Below, piece by piece: positions 47,139-55,453 of a stretch of 64,000 bases of DNA. Source of the DNA: Bacteroidota bacterium. GTDB lineage: Bacteria; Bacteroidota; Bacteroidia; Bacteroidales; FEN-979. The notes under the pieces were generated by a model. It was not told the origin of the DNA and did not search any database. It was given only the letters and a program-made list of their open reading frames with translations. Positions within the stretch are counted from its first letter, which is position 1. Each line of letters begins with the position of its first letter. The DNA is taken from positions 418 to 64,417 of the forward strand of contig JBAXKG010000001.1 of the NCBI GenBank assembly GCA_037137455.1, written 5' to 3'. A program made the translations under genes and the position numbers.

Positions 47139-48794
47139 ATGCTTCTTAAACTATCAATAAAGAATTATATTTTAATCCAGGACCTGGAGATTGATTTTTC
47201 CATCGGGTTCTCTGTAATTACAGGTGAAACAGGAGCGGGTAAATCTATTTTGCTGGGTGCCTTGGGACTAATTCTTGGGCAAAGAGCAGATTCAAGTATT
47301 TTACTTGATAAATCTAAGAAATGCATTATTGAAGGATCTTTTGCGATTAAAGGATATAACCTTGAAGAGTTATTCAAAGTCAATGAGCTCGATTATGACG
47401 AAGTAATTATTCTAAGGAGGGAAATTAACCAGAGCGGGAAATCACGGGCATTTGTCAATGATACTCCGGTAAATTTATCCTTGCTCAAAGATCTGGGGGA
47501 TAGATTGGTCAACGTTCATTCTCAAAACTCCATTGTCACACTGAATGATACGAATTTCCAGTTAGCCGTACTTGATAGTTACGCGGGGATACAATCTAAG
47601 GTAAATACATATAGATCAGGATATTTTAATTTAGTTGAATTAATAAGGCAATTAACCGAACTCAAAGATAAAGAGGCTAAGGCATCAGGAGAACGCGACT
47701 ATTACCAGTTTTTATTGGATGAACTTAACACTGCCAATCTGAGAGTTGATGAACTACAGGAGGTCGAGTCCCGGCTGGAATTCCTTAAGCATGTTGAAGA
47801 AATTAAAAAAGGTCTTTTCGATGCAAATCAGATAATTTCAGAAGGTGAGTCGAACATTCTTGCCCAATTATCGGCAGTTATTAATTCATTAAACGGAATA
47901 GCTAAATTCAAAACAGAACTTAAAGATATAGTTGAAAGAATTAATGTTAACTATGTTGATATCAAAGATATATTAAATGATTTATCAAATGTTGAAGCAA
48001 AGGTTTATATAGATCCTTCTGAAGTAGAATCTTTAACACAGCGACTTGATTCACTTTACCGGTTATTGAAAAAGCATCAGAAATCAACGATAGAAGAGCT
48101 TATTTGTGTTAAACAAGATATTGGAAACAAGGTACTTGAAGTGTTTAACCTTGAGGAAAGGATTAATATAATAAATTCTGAAAGTACTACGTTGAAAACC
48201 AAACTTAACATATCTGCAAAGGAAATTTCCGTGTGTCGGCAGAAGATGGTATTGAAATTTGAAAAGGAGATAATGCAAATATTGTTGCAACTTGGAATTT
48301 CAAATGCCCGGTTTAAGGTTGAACTTACCGACACTGAAGGGTTGACTAAAGATGGGACAGATAAAGTAAAGTTTTTATTCAGCGCTAATTTGGGTATTGA
48401 AATCAGTGAATTATCGAATACGGCATCGGGGGGTGAAATGTCGCGACTTATGTTAAGCATTAAATCAATGATCAGCCAGAAAAACCTTCTTCCCACGATA
48501 TTTTTTGATGAAATTGACAATGGAGTTTCAGGAGAAATCGCTGGAAAGGTTGGTAATATTTTAAAACGCATTGGTGATAAAATGCAGGTAATTGCTATTA
48601 CTCATTTACCTCAGATTGCCGGAAAAGGTGATCACCATTATTGGGTTTACAAATCTGAAATAAATAAAACTACAAACACATTTATCAAGCGATTATCTTT
48701 AGAGGAACGTGTTGATGAGATAGCAAAAATGTTAAGTAACGAAATTGTGACAGAGTCAGCATATCAAACAGCTAAAGAATTACTTAATAGTTAA
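47139..48794 (+). CDS. recN: DNA repair protein RecN
   Basis: 551 aa with Walker A GETGAGKS, a long coiled-coil middle, signature ASGGEMSR and Walker B IFFDEID. Confidence 0.95.
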   Translation: MLLKLSIKNYILIQDLEIDFSIGFSVITGETGAGKSILLGALGLILGQRADSSILLDKSKKCIIEGSFAIKGYNLEELFKVNELDYDEVIILRREINQSGKSRAFVNDTPVNLSLLKDLGDRLVNVHSQNSIVTLNDTNFQLAVLDSYAGIQSKVNTYRSGYFNLVELIRQLTELKDKEAKASGERDYYQFLLDELNTANLRVDELQEVESRLEFLKHVEEIKKGLFDANQIISEGESNILAQLSAVINSLNGIAKFKTELKDIVERINVNYVDIKDILNDLSNVEAKVYIDPSEVESLTQRLDSLYRLLKKHQKSTIEELICVKQDIGNKVLEVFNLEERINIINSESTTLKTKLNISAKEISVCRQKMVLKFEKEIMQILLQLGISNARFKVELTDTEGLTKDGTDKVKFLFSANLGIEISELSNTASGGEMSRLMLSIKSMISQKNLLPTIFFDEIDNGVSGEIAGKVGNILKRIGDKMQVIAITHLPQIAGKGDHHYWVYKSEINKTTNTFIKRLSLEERVDEIAKMLSNEIVTESAYQTAKELLNS

Positions 48795-48835
48795 ATAATA
48801 TTATTATTTAAACAATTAGTTTAGCCAATTATTTT

Positions 48836-49672
48836 ATGACTCATAATTTATTGAACGGGAAGAAAGGGATTATTTTTGGCGCTCTTGATAACAAATCAAT
48901 CGCCTGGAAAATTGCCTTACGTGCCTTCGAGGAGGGGGCGGTATTTACTCTGTCAAATACACCAGTTGCTATACGCTTCGGAGAAATCAATCAATTGGCT
49001 GGTTTATGCAACACTGAGTTTATTCCAGCAGATGCAACCAGTATCAAAGATTTGGAGCATGTTTTTAGACGATCAATGGATGTTTTGGGAGGGAAAGTTG
49101 ATTTTGTACTCCATTCAATCGGCATGTCACTAAATGTAAGAAAACAACGTGCATACGATGATGTGGATTACGACTATTTTCATAAAACAATTGATATTTC
49201 AGCATTATCGTTTCACAAAATGCTGCAGGTTGCCAAAAAACTTGATGCAATAAATGATTGGGGCTCTGTTTTAGCGCTTTCTTATATTGCAGCTCAAAGA
49301 ACCTTGGTCGGTTACAATGACATGGCCGATGCCAAAGCATTACTTGAATCAATTGCACGCAGTTTTGGCTATATTTATGGTAGGGAAAAGCATATCCGAA
49401 TCAACACAATTTCTCAGTCTCCGACACGTACCACAGCTGGAAGCGGGATAAAAGGGATTGACGGCCTTCTTGATTTTACCGAACGAATGTCGCCACTTGG
49501 AAATGCAACTGCCGATGAATGTGCTGATTTTTCGATAGTTCTTTTTTCAGACCTCTCAAGAAAAGTAACTATGCAGAACATATACCATGACGGGGGTTTT
49601 TCCAGTATGGCCATGAGTCTTAAAGCCATGACCCAGTATAATAAATGTCTGGAAGATGAGGAAAATTTATAG
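48836..49672 (+). CDS. fabI: enoyl-[acyl-carrier-protein] reductase (NADH), FabI type
   Basis: 278 aa with SYIAAQRTLVGYNDMADAKALLE (Y-x6-K region) and NTISQSPTRT. Confidence 0.9.
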   Translation: MTHNLLNGKKGIIFGALDNKSIAWKIALRAFEEGAVFTLSNTPVAIRFGEINQLAGLCNTEFIPADATSIKDLEHVFRRSMDVLGGKVDFVLHSIGMSLNVRKQRAYDDVDYDYFHKTIDISALSFHKMLQVAKKLDAINDWGSVLALSYIAAQRTLVGYNDMADAKALLESIARSFGYIYGREKHIRINTISQSPTRTTAGSGIKGIDGLLDFTERMSPLGNATADECADFSIVLFSDLSRKVTMQNIYHDGGFSSMAMSLKAMTQYNKCLEDEENL

Positions 49673-49694
49673 TCCTTCTTTATCCTCTTTTTTT

Positions 49695-49702
49695 TATCTT
49701 TG
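49695..49702 (+). promoter_or_regulatory. candidate -7 element (TATCTTTG)
   Basis: It lies 42 nt upstream of the etfB ATG. Confidence 0.5.
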
Positions 49703-49744
49703 CACCCCTAAATTAATTTATTCTCTTATTAACCCTATTATTCA

Positions 49745-50494
49745 ATGAAGATATTAGTATGTATCAGCAGTGTTCCGGATACGACCACAAAAGTCAAATT
49801 TGTTGCCGACTTTAAAAAGTTGGATAATACAGGAATACAGTGGGTGATTAACCCTTGGGATGAATTGTCGCTTACAAGAGCATTGGAATTGAAAGACGAT
49901 GTAACTAATGGTATTCAAACAGTTACAGTTGCGCATGTTGGGCTGGTTAGTTCTGAGCCTACAATCCGTAAGGCATTGGCAATTGGTGCAGATGATGCAA
50001 TCAGAATTAACGCCGATCCTACTGATGCCTACTTTGTGGCAGCACAATTAGCCCATGTTTTAAAAATGGATTCTTATGACCTTATTATGTGCGGAATTGA
50101 ATCAAGTGATTTCAATGGATCTTCAGTAGGAGGGATGTTAGCTGAATTTTTAGGATATCCTTCTGTGTCTTCAGTTTCAGGGATTAAAATTGAGAATAGC
50201 CAGGTCATCATTACTCGTGAAATTGATGGTGGGAAAGAAATTGTTTCAGTCCCAAATCCTTTAGTTTCGATTGTTCAAAAAGGAATTGCAAAAGAACCTC
50301 GAATCGCAGCCATGCGCGGCATCATGATGGCCCGGACAAAACCGCTTAGGGTTTTTGAACCTGTTGTTGCTGAATCTTTTACGGAGATTGTAAACTTCGA
50401 AATGCCTAAACCTCGGGCTGCATGCAAATTCATTGATTCTGAAAATCCAAGGCAACTTATTGAATTACTGCAAAATGAAGCTAAAATTATTTAA
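49745..50494 (+). CDS. etfB: electron transfer flavoprotein subunit beta
   Basis: 249 aa with MKILVCISSVPDTTTKVKF... and NPWDELSLTRALELK, typical of EtfB. Confidence 0.9.
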   Translation: MKILVCISSVPDTTTKVKFVADFKKLDNTGIQWVINPWDELSLTRALELKDDVTNGIQTVTVAHVGLVSSEPTIRKALAIGADDAIRINADPTDAYFVAAQLAHVLKMDSYDLIMCGIESSDFNGSSVGGMLAEFLGYPSVSSVSGIKIENSQVIITREIDGGKEIVSVPNPLVSIVQKGIAKEPRIAAMRGIMMARTKPLRVFEPVVAESFTEIVNFEMPKPRAACKFIDSENPRQLIELLQNEAKII

Positions 50495-50521
50495 TCTGTC
50501 CAGATAAAACCAAAACCGAAA

Positions 50522-51493
50522 ATGTCAGTTTTAATTTTTGTAGAAAATTGGGATGGGAAATTCAAGAAACTCAGTTTTGAACTTGTTTCCTATGGCGCTA
50601 GGTTAGCCGAAATGTTGAATACGGATGTTGTTGCACTTTCTATTGGCAATGTTGAAAATACCGAGTTAGAAAAACTTGGAAAACATGGCGCTTCGCGAAT
50701 AATAAGTGTCGTTAACGACAATACTAATATTTTTGACTGTCAGGTCTTTACCTCGATTATTGCAAGTTTTGCGAAACAAGAAGAGGCAAAAGTAGTTGTG
50801 CTTTCTAATAACAATACGGGAAAAGCTATTGCGCCACGTTTGTCGGTTAAGCTTGAAGCCGGACTTGGATCAGGTGTGAGTAGATTACCGTTAAGCACAA
50901 ACCCATTCATTGTTTATAAGAAAGTTTTTTCTGGAAATGCTTTTAGCAACCTGATTATTAAAACCGACATCAAAATCCTGACCCTCGCTCAGAATTCATT
51001 TGAAGTGATTGAAACTGCTAATAATGCCGTTATTAAAGTAGTTGCCATTGAATTGGAAAGTTCATCAGTTAAAACTAAGGTTAACGATGTACAAAAGCAG
51101 ATTGGCAAAATTCTGCTGAATGATGCGGATGTGGTTGTTTCCGGAGGAAGGGGAATGAAATCAGCAGACAATTGGGGTCCAATAGTTGAACTGGCCGAAC
51201 TTCTTGGCGCTGCAACTGCATGTTCCCGTCCGGTTTCTGATGAAGGTTGGAGACCCCACGAAGAACATACCGGACAAACCGGAAAAATCATTGCCCCTAA
51301 TCTCTATTTTGCCATTGGCATATCTGGCGCTACTCAGCACCTTGCAGGTGTGAGTTCATCGAAAGTAATTGTGGCCATAAATACAGATAAAGATGCCCCG
51401 ATCTTCTCAGCTGCCCAATATGGTATTGTTGGCGATGCCAGCAAAGTCCTTCCAAAACTAGTGGAGGCTGTCAAAGAATTAAAGGGGAAATAA
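50522..51493 (+). CDS. etfA: electron transfer flavoprotein subunit alpha
   Basis: 323 aa with C-terminal FAD motif PNLYFAIGISGATQHLAG. There is no N-terminal ferredoxin domain. Confidence 0.9.
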   Translation: MSVLIFVENWDGKFKKLSFELVSYGARLAEMLNTDVVALSIGNVENTELEKLGKHGASRIISVVNDNTNIFDCQVFTSIIASFAKQEEAKVVVLSNNNTGKAIAPRLSVKLEAGLGSGVSRLPLSTNPFIVYKKVFSGNAFSNLIIKTDIKILTLAQNSFEVIETANNAVIKVVAIELESSSVKTKVNDVQKQIGKILLNDADVVVSGGRGMKSADNWGPIVELAELLGAATACSRPVSDEGWRPHEEHTGQTGKIIAPNLYFAIGISGATQHLAGVSSSKVIVAINTDKDAPIFSAAQYGIVGDASKVLPKLVEAVKELKGK

Positions 51494-51500
51494 ATCTACC

Positions 51501-52820
51501 ATGGCTAAACAGTTTCTGTTCCTGATTGCCCTGCTTGCCTCGCTTGGTATATTTACCTTCACAATAATCCGCATCATTCGTTATTTTAGATTTACCAGAC
51601 CCGCATTTCCAATACGTGATTTTGGTAAAAGGTTATTGTTGATGTTTGGTGTTGCTTTCGGCCAGACAAAAATATTCCGTCGGCCGGTGACTGGATTTTT
51701 TCATGCTTTGGTTTTCTGGGGATTTTGTGTAATTGCTTTTGGTAGTATTGAAATGGTTATTGACGGCCTTTTCGGGACAGAACACTTTTTGGAATTTCTT
51801 GGTCCGGTTTACGTTCTGATATCCGCATCTGGCGATATTTTTGGATTATTGGTTGGCATTTCCATCATCATTTTTTTATCCCGTCGTCTGTTTTTCCATA
51901 TCAGGCGGTTTGATGGCATTGAAATGAAATCCATTTCACACATGGATGCAAATCTTGCCTTAAGCATGATCCTGGCGTTGATGGTCTCACTTTTAGTAAT
52001 GAACATGGCCTATTATGCTGGTATTAGTGTATCGGGTAATTCAATGGCAGGATTTTATCCGGTGAGCAGTCTGTTAGCGGGAATCTTAACCGGGTTGACT
52101 TTGGCTGACATAAGATTGATCTATGAAATTTCATGGTGGACGCACATCCTGTTGATCTTTGTTTTTGCGAACATGCTTCCATATTCTAAACATTTTCATG
52201 TATTCATGTCTATTCCTAATGTTTTTCTTTCGAGGTTAGACCCATTAGGCAAGTTGTCAAATATGGACAGCATAACACGAGAAGTCAAACTTATGCTTTA
52301 TCCGAACACTACAGTCGAAACTCAACCATCCAATTCATCAATTGAAAGATTTGGGGTGAAGGATGCTGAGGATGTATCGTGGAAAAATTACTTTGATTCC
52401 CTTGCCTGCACTGAATGTGGCCGCTGTACATCAGTGTGCCCTGCCAACCTTACCGGAAAGCGATTATCGCCCCGAAAAATCATTATGGATGTCCGGGCCA
52501 GGATGAAGGAAAAAGGACCGGGTTTGGTTAATAAGGGTAAAGAATTTTCTGACAATAAATCACTTTTGGGTGATTATATCACAGAAGAAGAATTATGGGC
52601 TTGCACAACTTGCAACGCATGTGCCAAAGAGTGCCCGATTAACATTAACCATCCTACGCTGATAGTTGATATGCGCAGGTATCTGGTAATGGAAGAAGCT
52701 TTGGCTCCGGGCGGAATCAAAAACATGTTCAGCAATATTGAAAACAATGGAGCGCCATGGCAATTCTCACCCGAAGATCGTTTACTATGGACAAATAATA
52801 TTGATATAAATATTAATTAA
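51501..52820 (+). CDS. integral-membrane (NarI/DsrM-like, His-containing TM helices) protein with C-terminal 2x[4Fe-4S] ferredoxin domain
   Basis: 439 aa with about 5-6 TM helices carrying conserved-looking His residues (FFHALVFWGF, SKHFHVF). Two cluster motifs follow: CTECGRCTSVCP and CTTCNACAKECP. Confidence 0.8.
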   Translation: MAKQFLFLIALLASLGIFTFTIIRIIRYFRFTRPAFPIRDFGKRLLLMFGVAFGQTKIFRRPVTGFFHALVFWGFCVIAFGSIEMVIDGLFGTEHFLEFLGPVYVLISASGDIFGLLVGISIIIFLSRRLFFHIRRFDGIEMKSISHMDANLALSMILALMVSLLVMNMAYYAGISVSGNSMAGFYPVSSLLAGILTGLTLADIRLIYEISWWTHILLIFVFANMLPYSKHFHVFMSIPNVFLSRLDPLGKLSNMDSITREVKLMLYPNTTVETQPSNSSIERFGVKDAEDVSWKNYFDSLACTECGRCTSVCPANLTGKRLSPRKIIMDVRARMKEKGPGLVNKGKEFSDNKSLLGDYITEEELWACTTCNACAKECPININHPTLIVDMRRYLVMEEALAPGGIKNMFSNIENNGAPWQFSPEDRLLWTNNIDININ

Positions 52821-52835
52821 CGAGTTAATTTAACA

Positions 52836-53630
52836 ATGGAAGTCCGTAAAGTTGAAGTACCAGTCATGGCCGATTTGCATGCACGTGGAGAGCGTCCTGA
52901 ATTCCTTTTCTGGGTTGGCTGTGCAGGCGCTTTCGATGACAGGTACCAGAAGGTATCACGGGCATTTGCGAAAATATTGACATTCCTGAATGTAAGTTAT
53001 GCTGTGCTGGGCAAAGAAGAATCCTGCACCGGCGATCCAGCCCGCCGTGCAGGTAATGAAATGCTATATCAGATGCAGGCGCTTCAAAATATTGAAATTT
53101 TTAAATTGTATGGGATCCAAAAAATTATTACTATTTGTCCGCATTGTTACAATATTTTTAAAAACGAATATCCGGATCTTGGCGCCAATCTTGAAGTGAT
53201 CAACTACCTGCAATTTATTGACCAATGCATTTTATCAGGCAAACTGAAAATTGACCCAAATGCATTGTCAAATATTTGCGTTACCTATCATGACCCCTGT
53301 TACCTTGGCCGTGCTAATGATATATATTTTGAACCCCGCTCAATCCTTAAGAAACTGACATCCAATGTGGTGGAAATGAATCGTCATATGAGTTTTGCCT
53401 TATGCTGCGGAGCGGGTGGCGCCCAGATGTTTAAAGAGGCTGAAACCGGAGAGAAGGAAGTTTTTATTGAACGTACTGAGGAGGCTTTAAGAACAGATGC
53501 AAAAGTGATCGCCACGGCCTGCCCTTTCTGTATGATAATGATAACTGATGGAATTAAATATAAGAATCGGGAAGAGGAAATAAAAAATTTTGATATTGCA
53601 GAATTAATTGTTCAATCATTAAATATATAA
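52836..53630 (+). CDS. cysteine-rich CCG-domain (HdrD/GlpC-like, DUF224) Fe-S oxidoreductase subunit
   Basis: 264 aa with two CCG-type cysteine modules (FWVGCAGAFD...ICPHCYN and ALCCGAGGAQ...ACPFCMIM). It starts 15 nt after the previous gene. Confidence 0.8.
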   Translation: MEVRKVEVPVMADLHARGERPEFLFWVGCAGAFDDRYQKVSRAFAKILTFLNVSYAVLGKEESCTGDPARRAGNEMLYQMQALQNIEIFKLYGIQKIITICPHCYNIFKNEYPDLGANLEVINYLQFIDQCILSGKLKIDPNALSNICVTYHDPCYLGRANDIYFEPRSILKKLTSNVVEMNRHMSFALCCGAGGAQMFKEAETGEKEVFIERTEEALRTDAKVIATACPFCMIMITDGIKYKNREEEIKNFDIAELIVQSLNI

Positions 53631-53651
53631 AGTATACATAAAACAACTGAA

Positions 53652-55436
53652 ATGGAGAATAGAAAAGTACTGAAAAGTGGAGAGTTCCTGGTTGATGAAA
53701 TTCAAGCCGATGATATTTTTATTCCGGAAGAATTCGATGAGGAGCAAAAAATGATTGCCCAAACCATCAAGGATTTCCTGGATACAGAACTCTACCCGAA
53801 TATTGCACAAATTGATTCACCGGATATCAATCTGATGAAGAGTATCCTGAAGAAGGCCGGCGAACTTGGTCTGATGGGTATTTCCATTCCGGAAGAATAT
53901 GGTGGATTCGGACAATCATTTGTTACACAGATGCTTGCCGCTGAAACAATTGGTGCCGGGCACTCATTTTCAGTTGCGTTTATGGCCCACACCGGAATCG
54001 GTACTTTACCAATAATGTACTATGGCAATGAAGATCAGCGCCAGCGTTATGTTACACGCCTTGCTACGGGTGATTTAATCGGCGCTTACTGTTTGACAGA
54101 ACCAGGGGCAGGTAGTGACGCCAATTCCGGAAAAACGACTGCCACTTTGTCTGAAGACGGGATGCATTATATTTTGAATGGTCAAAAAATGTGGATCACT
54201 AACGCAGGCTTTGCAGATACACAAGTTGTCTTTGCGAAAATAGACAAAGACAGGGTTTTAAGTGCCTTTATTGTTGAGAAAAATTTTGTAGGTGTAGTTG
54301 TCAACCCCGATGAACATAAAATGGGTATAAAAGGATCATCAACTGCCCAGATATTTTATAATGATGTTAAAGTTCCTGTCGAAAACCTATTGGGGAACAG
54401 GGGAGAGGGATTCAGGATTGCCCTCAGTATACTTCATATGGGGCGTATAAAACTTGGAGCCAATGTGTTGGGGGCATCCAAGAAAACGATAAACGATTCT
54501 GTAAAATATGCTAATGAACGCAAACAGTTTGGTGTTTTCATATCTACTTTTGGCGCCATAAAATATAAACTGGCCGAGCAAGTTATTAAAACCTTTGCAT
54601 TGGAATCGGCTATTTACAGGCTTAGCAAGGATATCGATGGCTTAATTGAACAGAACAAAGCAGCAGGAATGGATTATGGCAAGGCTTCGGTTGAGGGTAT
54701 CAGCCATTATGCCGTTGAAGCTGCTATTTTAAAAGTTTATGGATCAGAAGTCCTTGATTGGGTAATTGATGAAGCTGTTCAGATTCATGGAGGCATGGGG
54801 TATTCAGCCGAAATGTCTGTTGAAAGAGGGTATCGTGATTCAAGGATCAACAGGATTTTCGAAGGAACGAACGAAATCAACCGGCTATTAGTTGTTGATA
54901 CTGCAATGAAGCGTGCTATGAAAGGTGATTTCGATCTTTTAGGTAAAGCCGAAGCGCTAGCTTCAAACCTTGGAACAATTAAAGATAATAAAAGGGAAGG
55001 TGAATCTTATTTCGAAGAAAAATTAAGGTATATAAAGAATTTTAAAAATCTCATTCTGATCATTCTCTACAGCGCATCCAAACATTTTGATAATAAATTG
55101 ATTATGGAGCAGGAGGTACTAAACAACCTCTCCGATATGATCATGGAGGTATATATTGCTGAATCATTGGTTCTAAGGGTTCAGAAAATGGAAAACACGA
55201 AAGCCATGGAACAGTCAGAAATTTACCACGCAATACTTGACGTTTTCGTCTACGATGCTGCTGATAAAATCAGGAAACCTGCCGCTGATGCCATCAATTC
55301 ATTTGCTTCTGCTGAAATTAAGGGCACATATAAAGGAGTAATTGATACCCTCACCAGTGTTCTTGGCATAAATGTTAAAGATGAACGACGCAAAATTGCA
55401 GATAAACTAATTGAGGAAAACTGTTATAAATTCTAA
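53652..55436 (+). CDS. acyl-CoA dehydrogenase, long form with C-terminal extension
   Basis: 594 aa with YCLTEPGAGSDA and QIHGGMGY. About 150 extra C-terminal residues resemble VLCAD/FadE-type enzymes. Confidence 0.9.
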   Translation: MENRKVLKSGEFLVDEIQADDIFIPEEFDEEQKMIAQTIKDFLDTELYPNIAQIDSPDINLMKSILKKAGELGLMGISIPEEYGGFGQSFVTQMLAAETIGAGHSFSVAFMAHTGIGTLPIMYYGNEDQRQRYVTRLATGDLIGAYCLTEPGAGSDANSGKTTATLSEDGMHYILNGQKMWITNAGFADTQVVFAKIDKDRVLSAFIVEKNFVGVVVNPDEHKMGIKGSSTAQIFYNDVKVPVENLLGNRGEGFRIALSILHMGRIKLGANVLGASKKTINDSVKYANERKQFGVFISTFGAIKYKLAEQVIKTFALESAIYRLSKDIDGLIEQNKAAGMDYGKASVEGISHYAVEAAILKVYGSEVLDWVIDEAVQIHGGMGYSAEMSVERGYRDSRINRIFEGTNEINRLLVVDTAMKRAMKGDFDLLGKAEALASNLGTIKDNKREGESYFEEKLRYIKNFKNLILIILYSASKHFDNKLIMEQEVLNNLSDMIMEVYIAESLVLRVQKMENTKAMEQSEIYHAILDVFVYDAADKIRKPAADAINSFASAEIKGTYKGVIDTLTSVLGINVKDERRKIADKLIEENCYKF

Positions 55437-55453
55437 AAATCAGATTAGGGAAG

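Noticed and set aside
48077-48571. 164-aa antisense ORF inside recN (plus 48084..48290)
   Set aside because: It is embedded opposite a complete RecN with all ATPase motifs. It has no promoter motif and no recognisable domain, and its composition is typical of frame -1 shadows of AT-rich genes.
51501-53630. Reading the two Fe-S ORFs as one gene broken by a frameshift (pseudogene)
   Set aside because: The first ORF ends cleanly after the second ferredoxin cluster. The second has its own ATG 15 nt later, at the start of the first CCG module. From memory, two-gene versions also occur in other Bacteroidota, so I treat them as two subunits.
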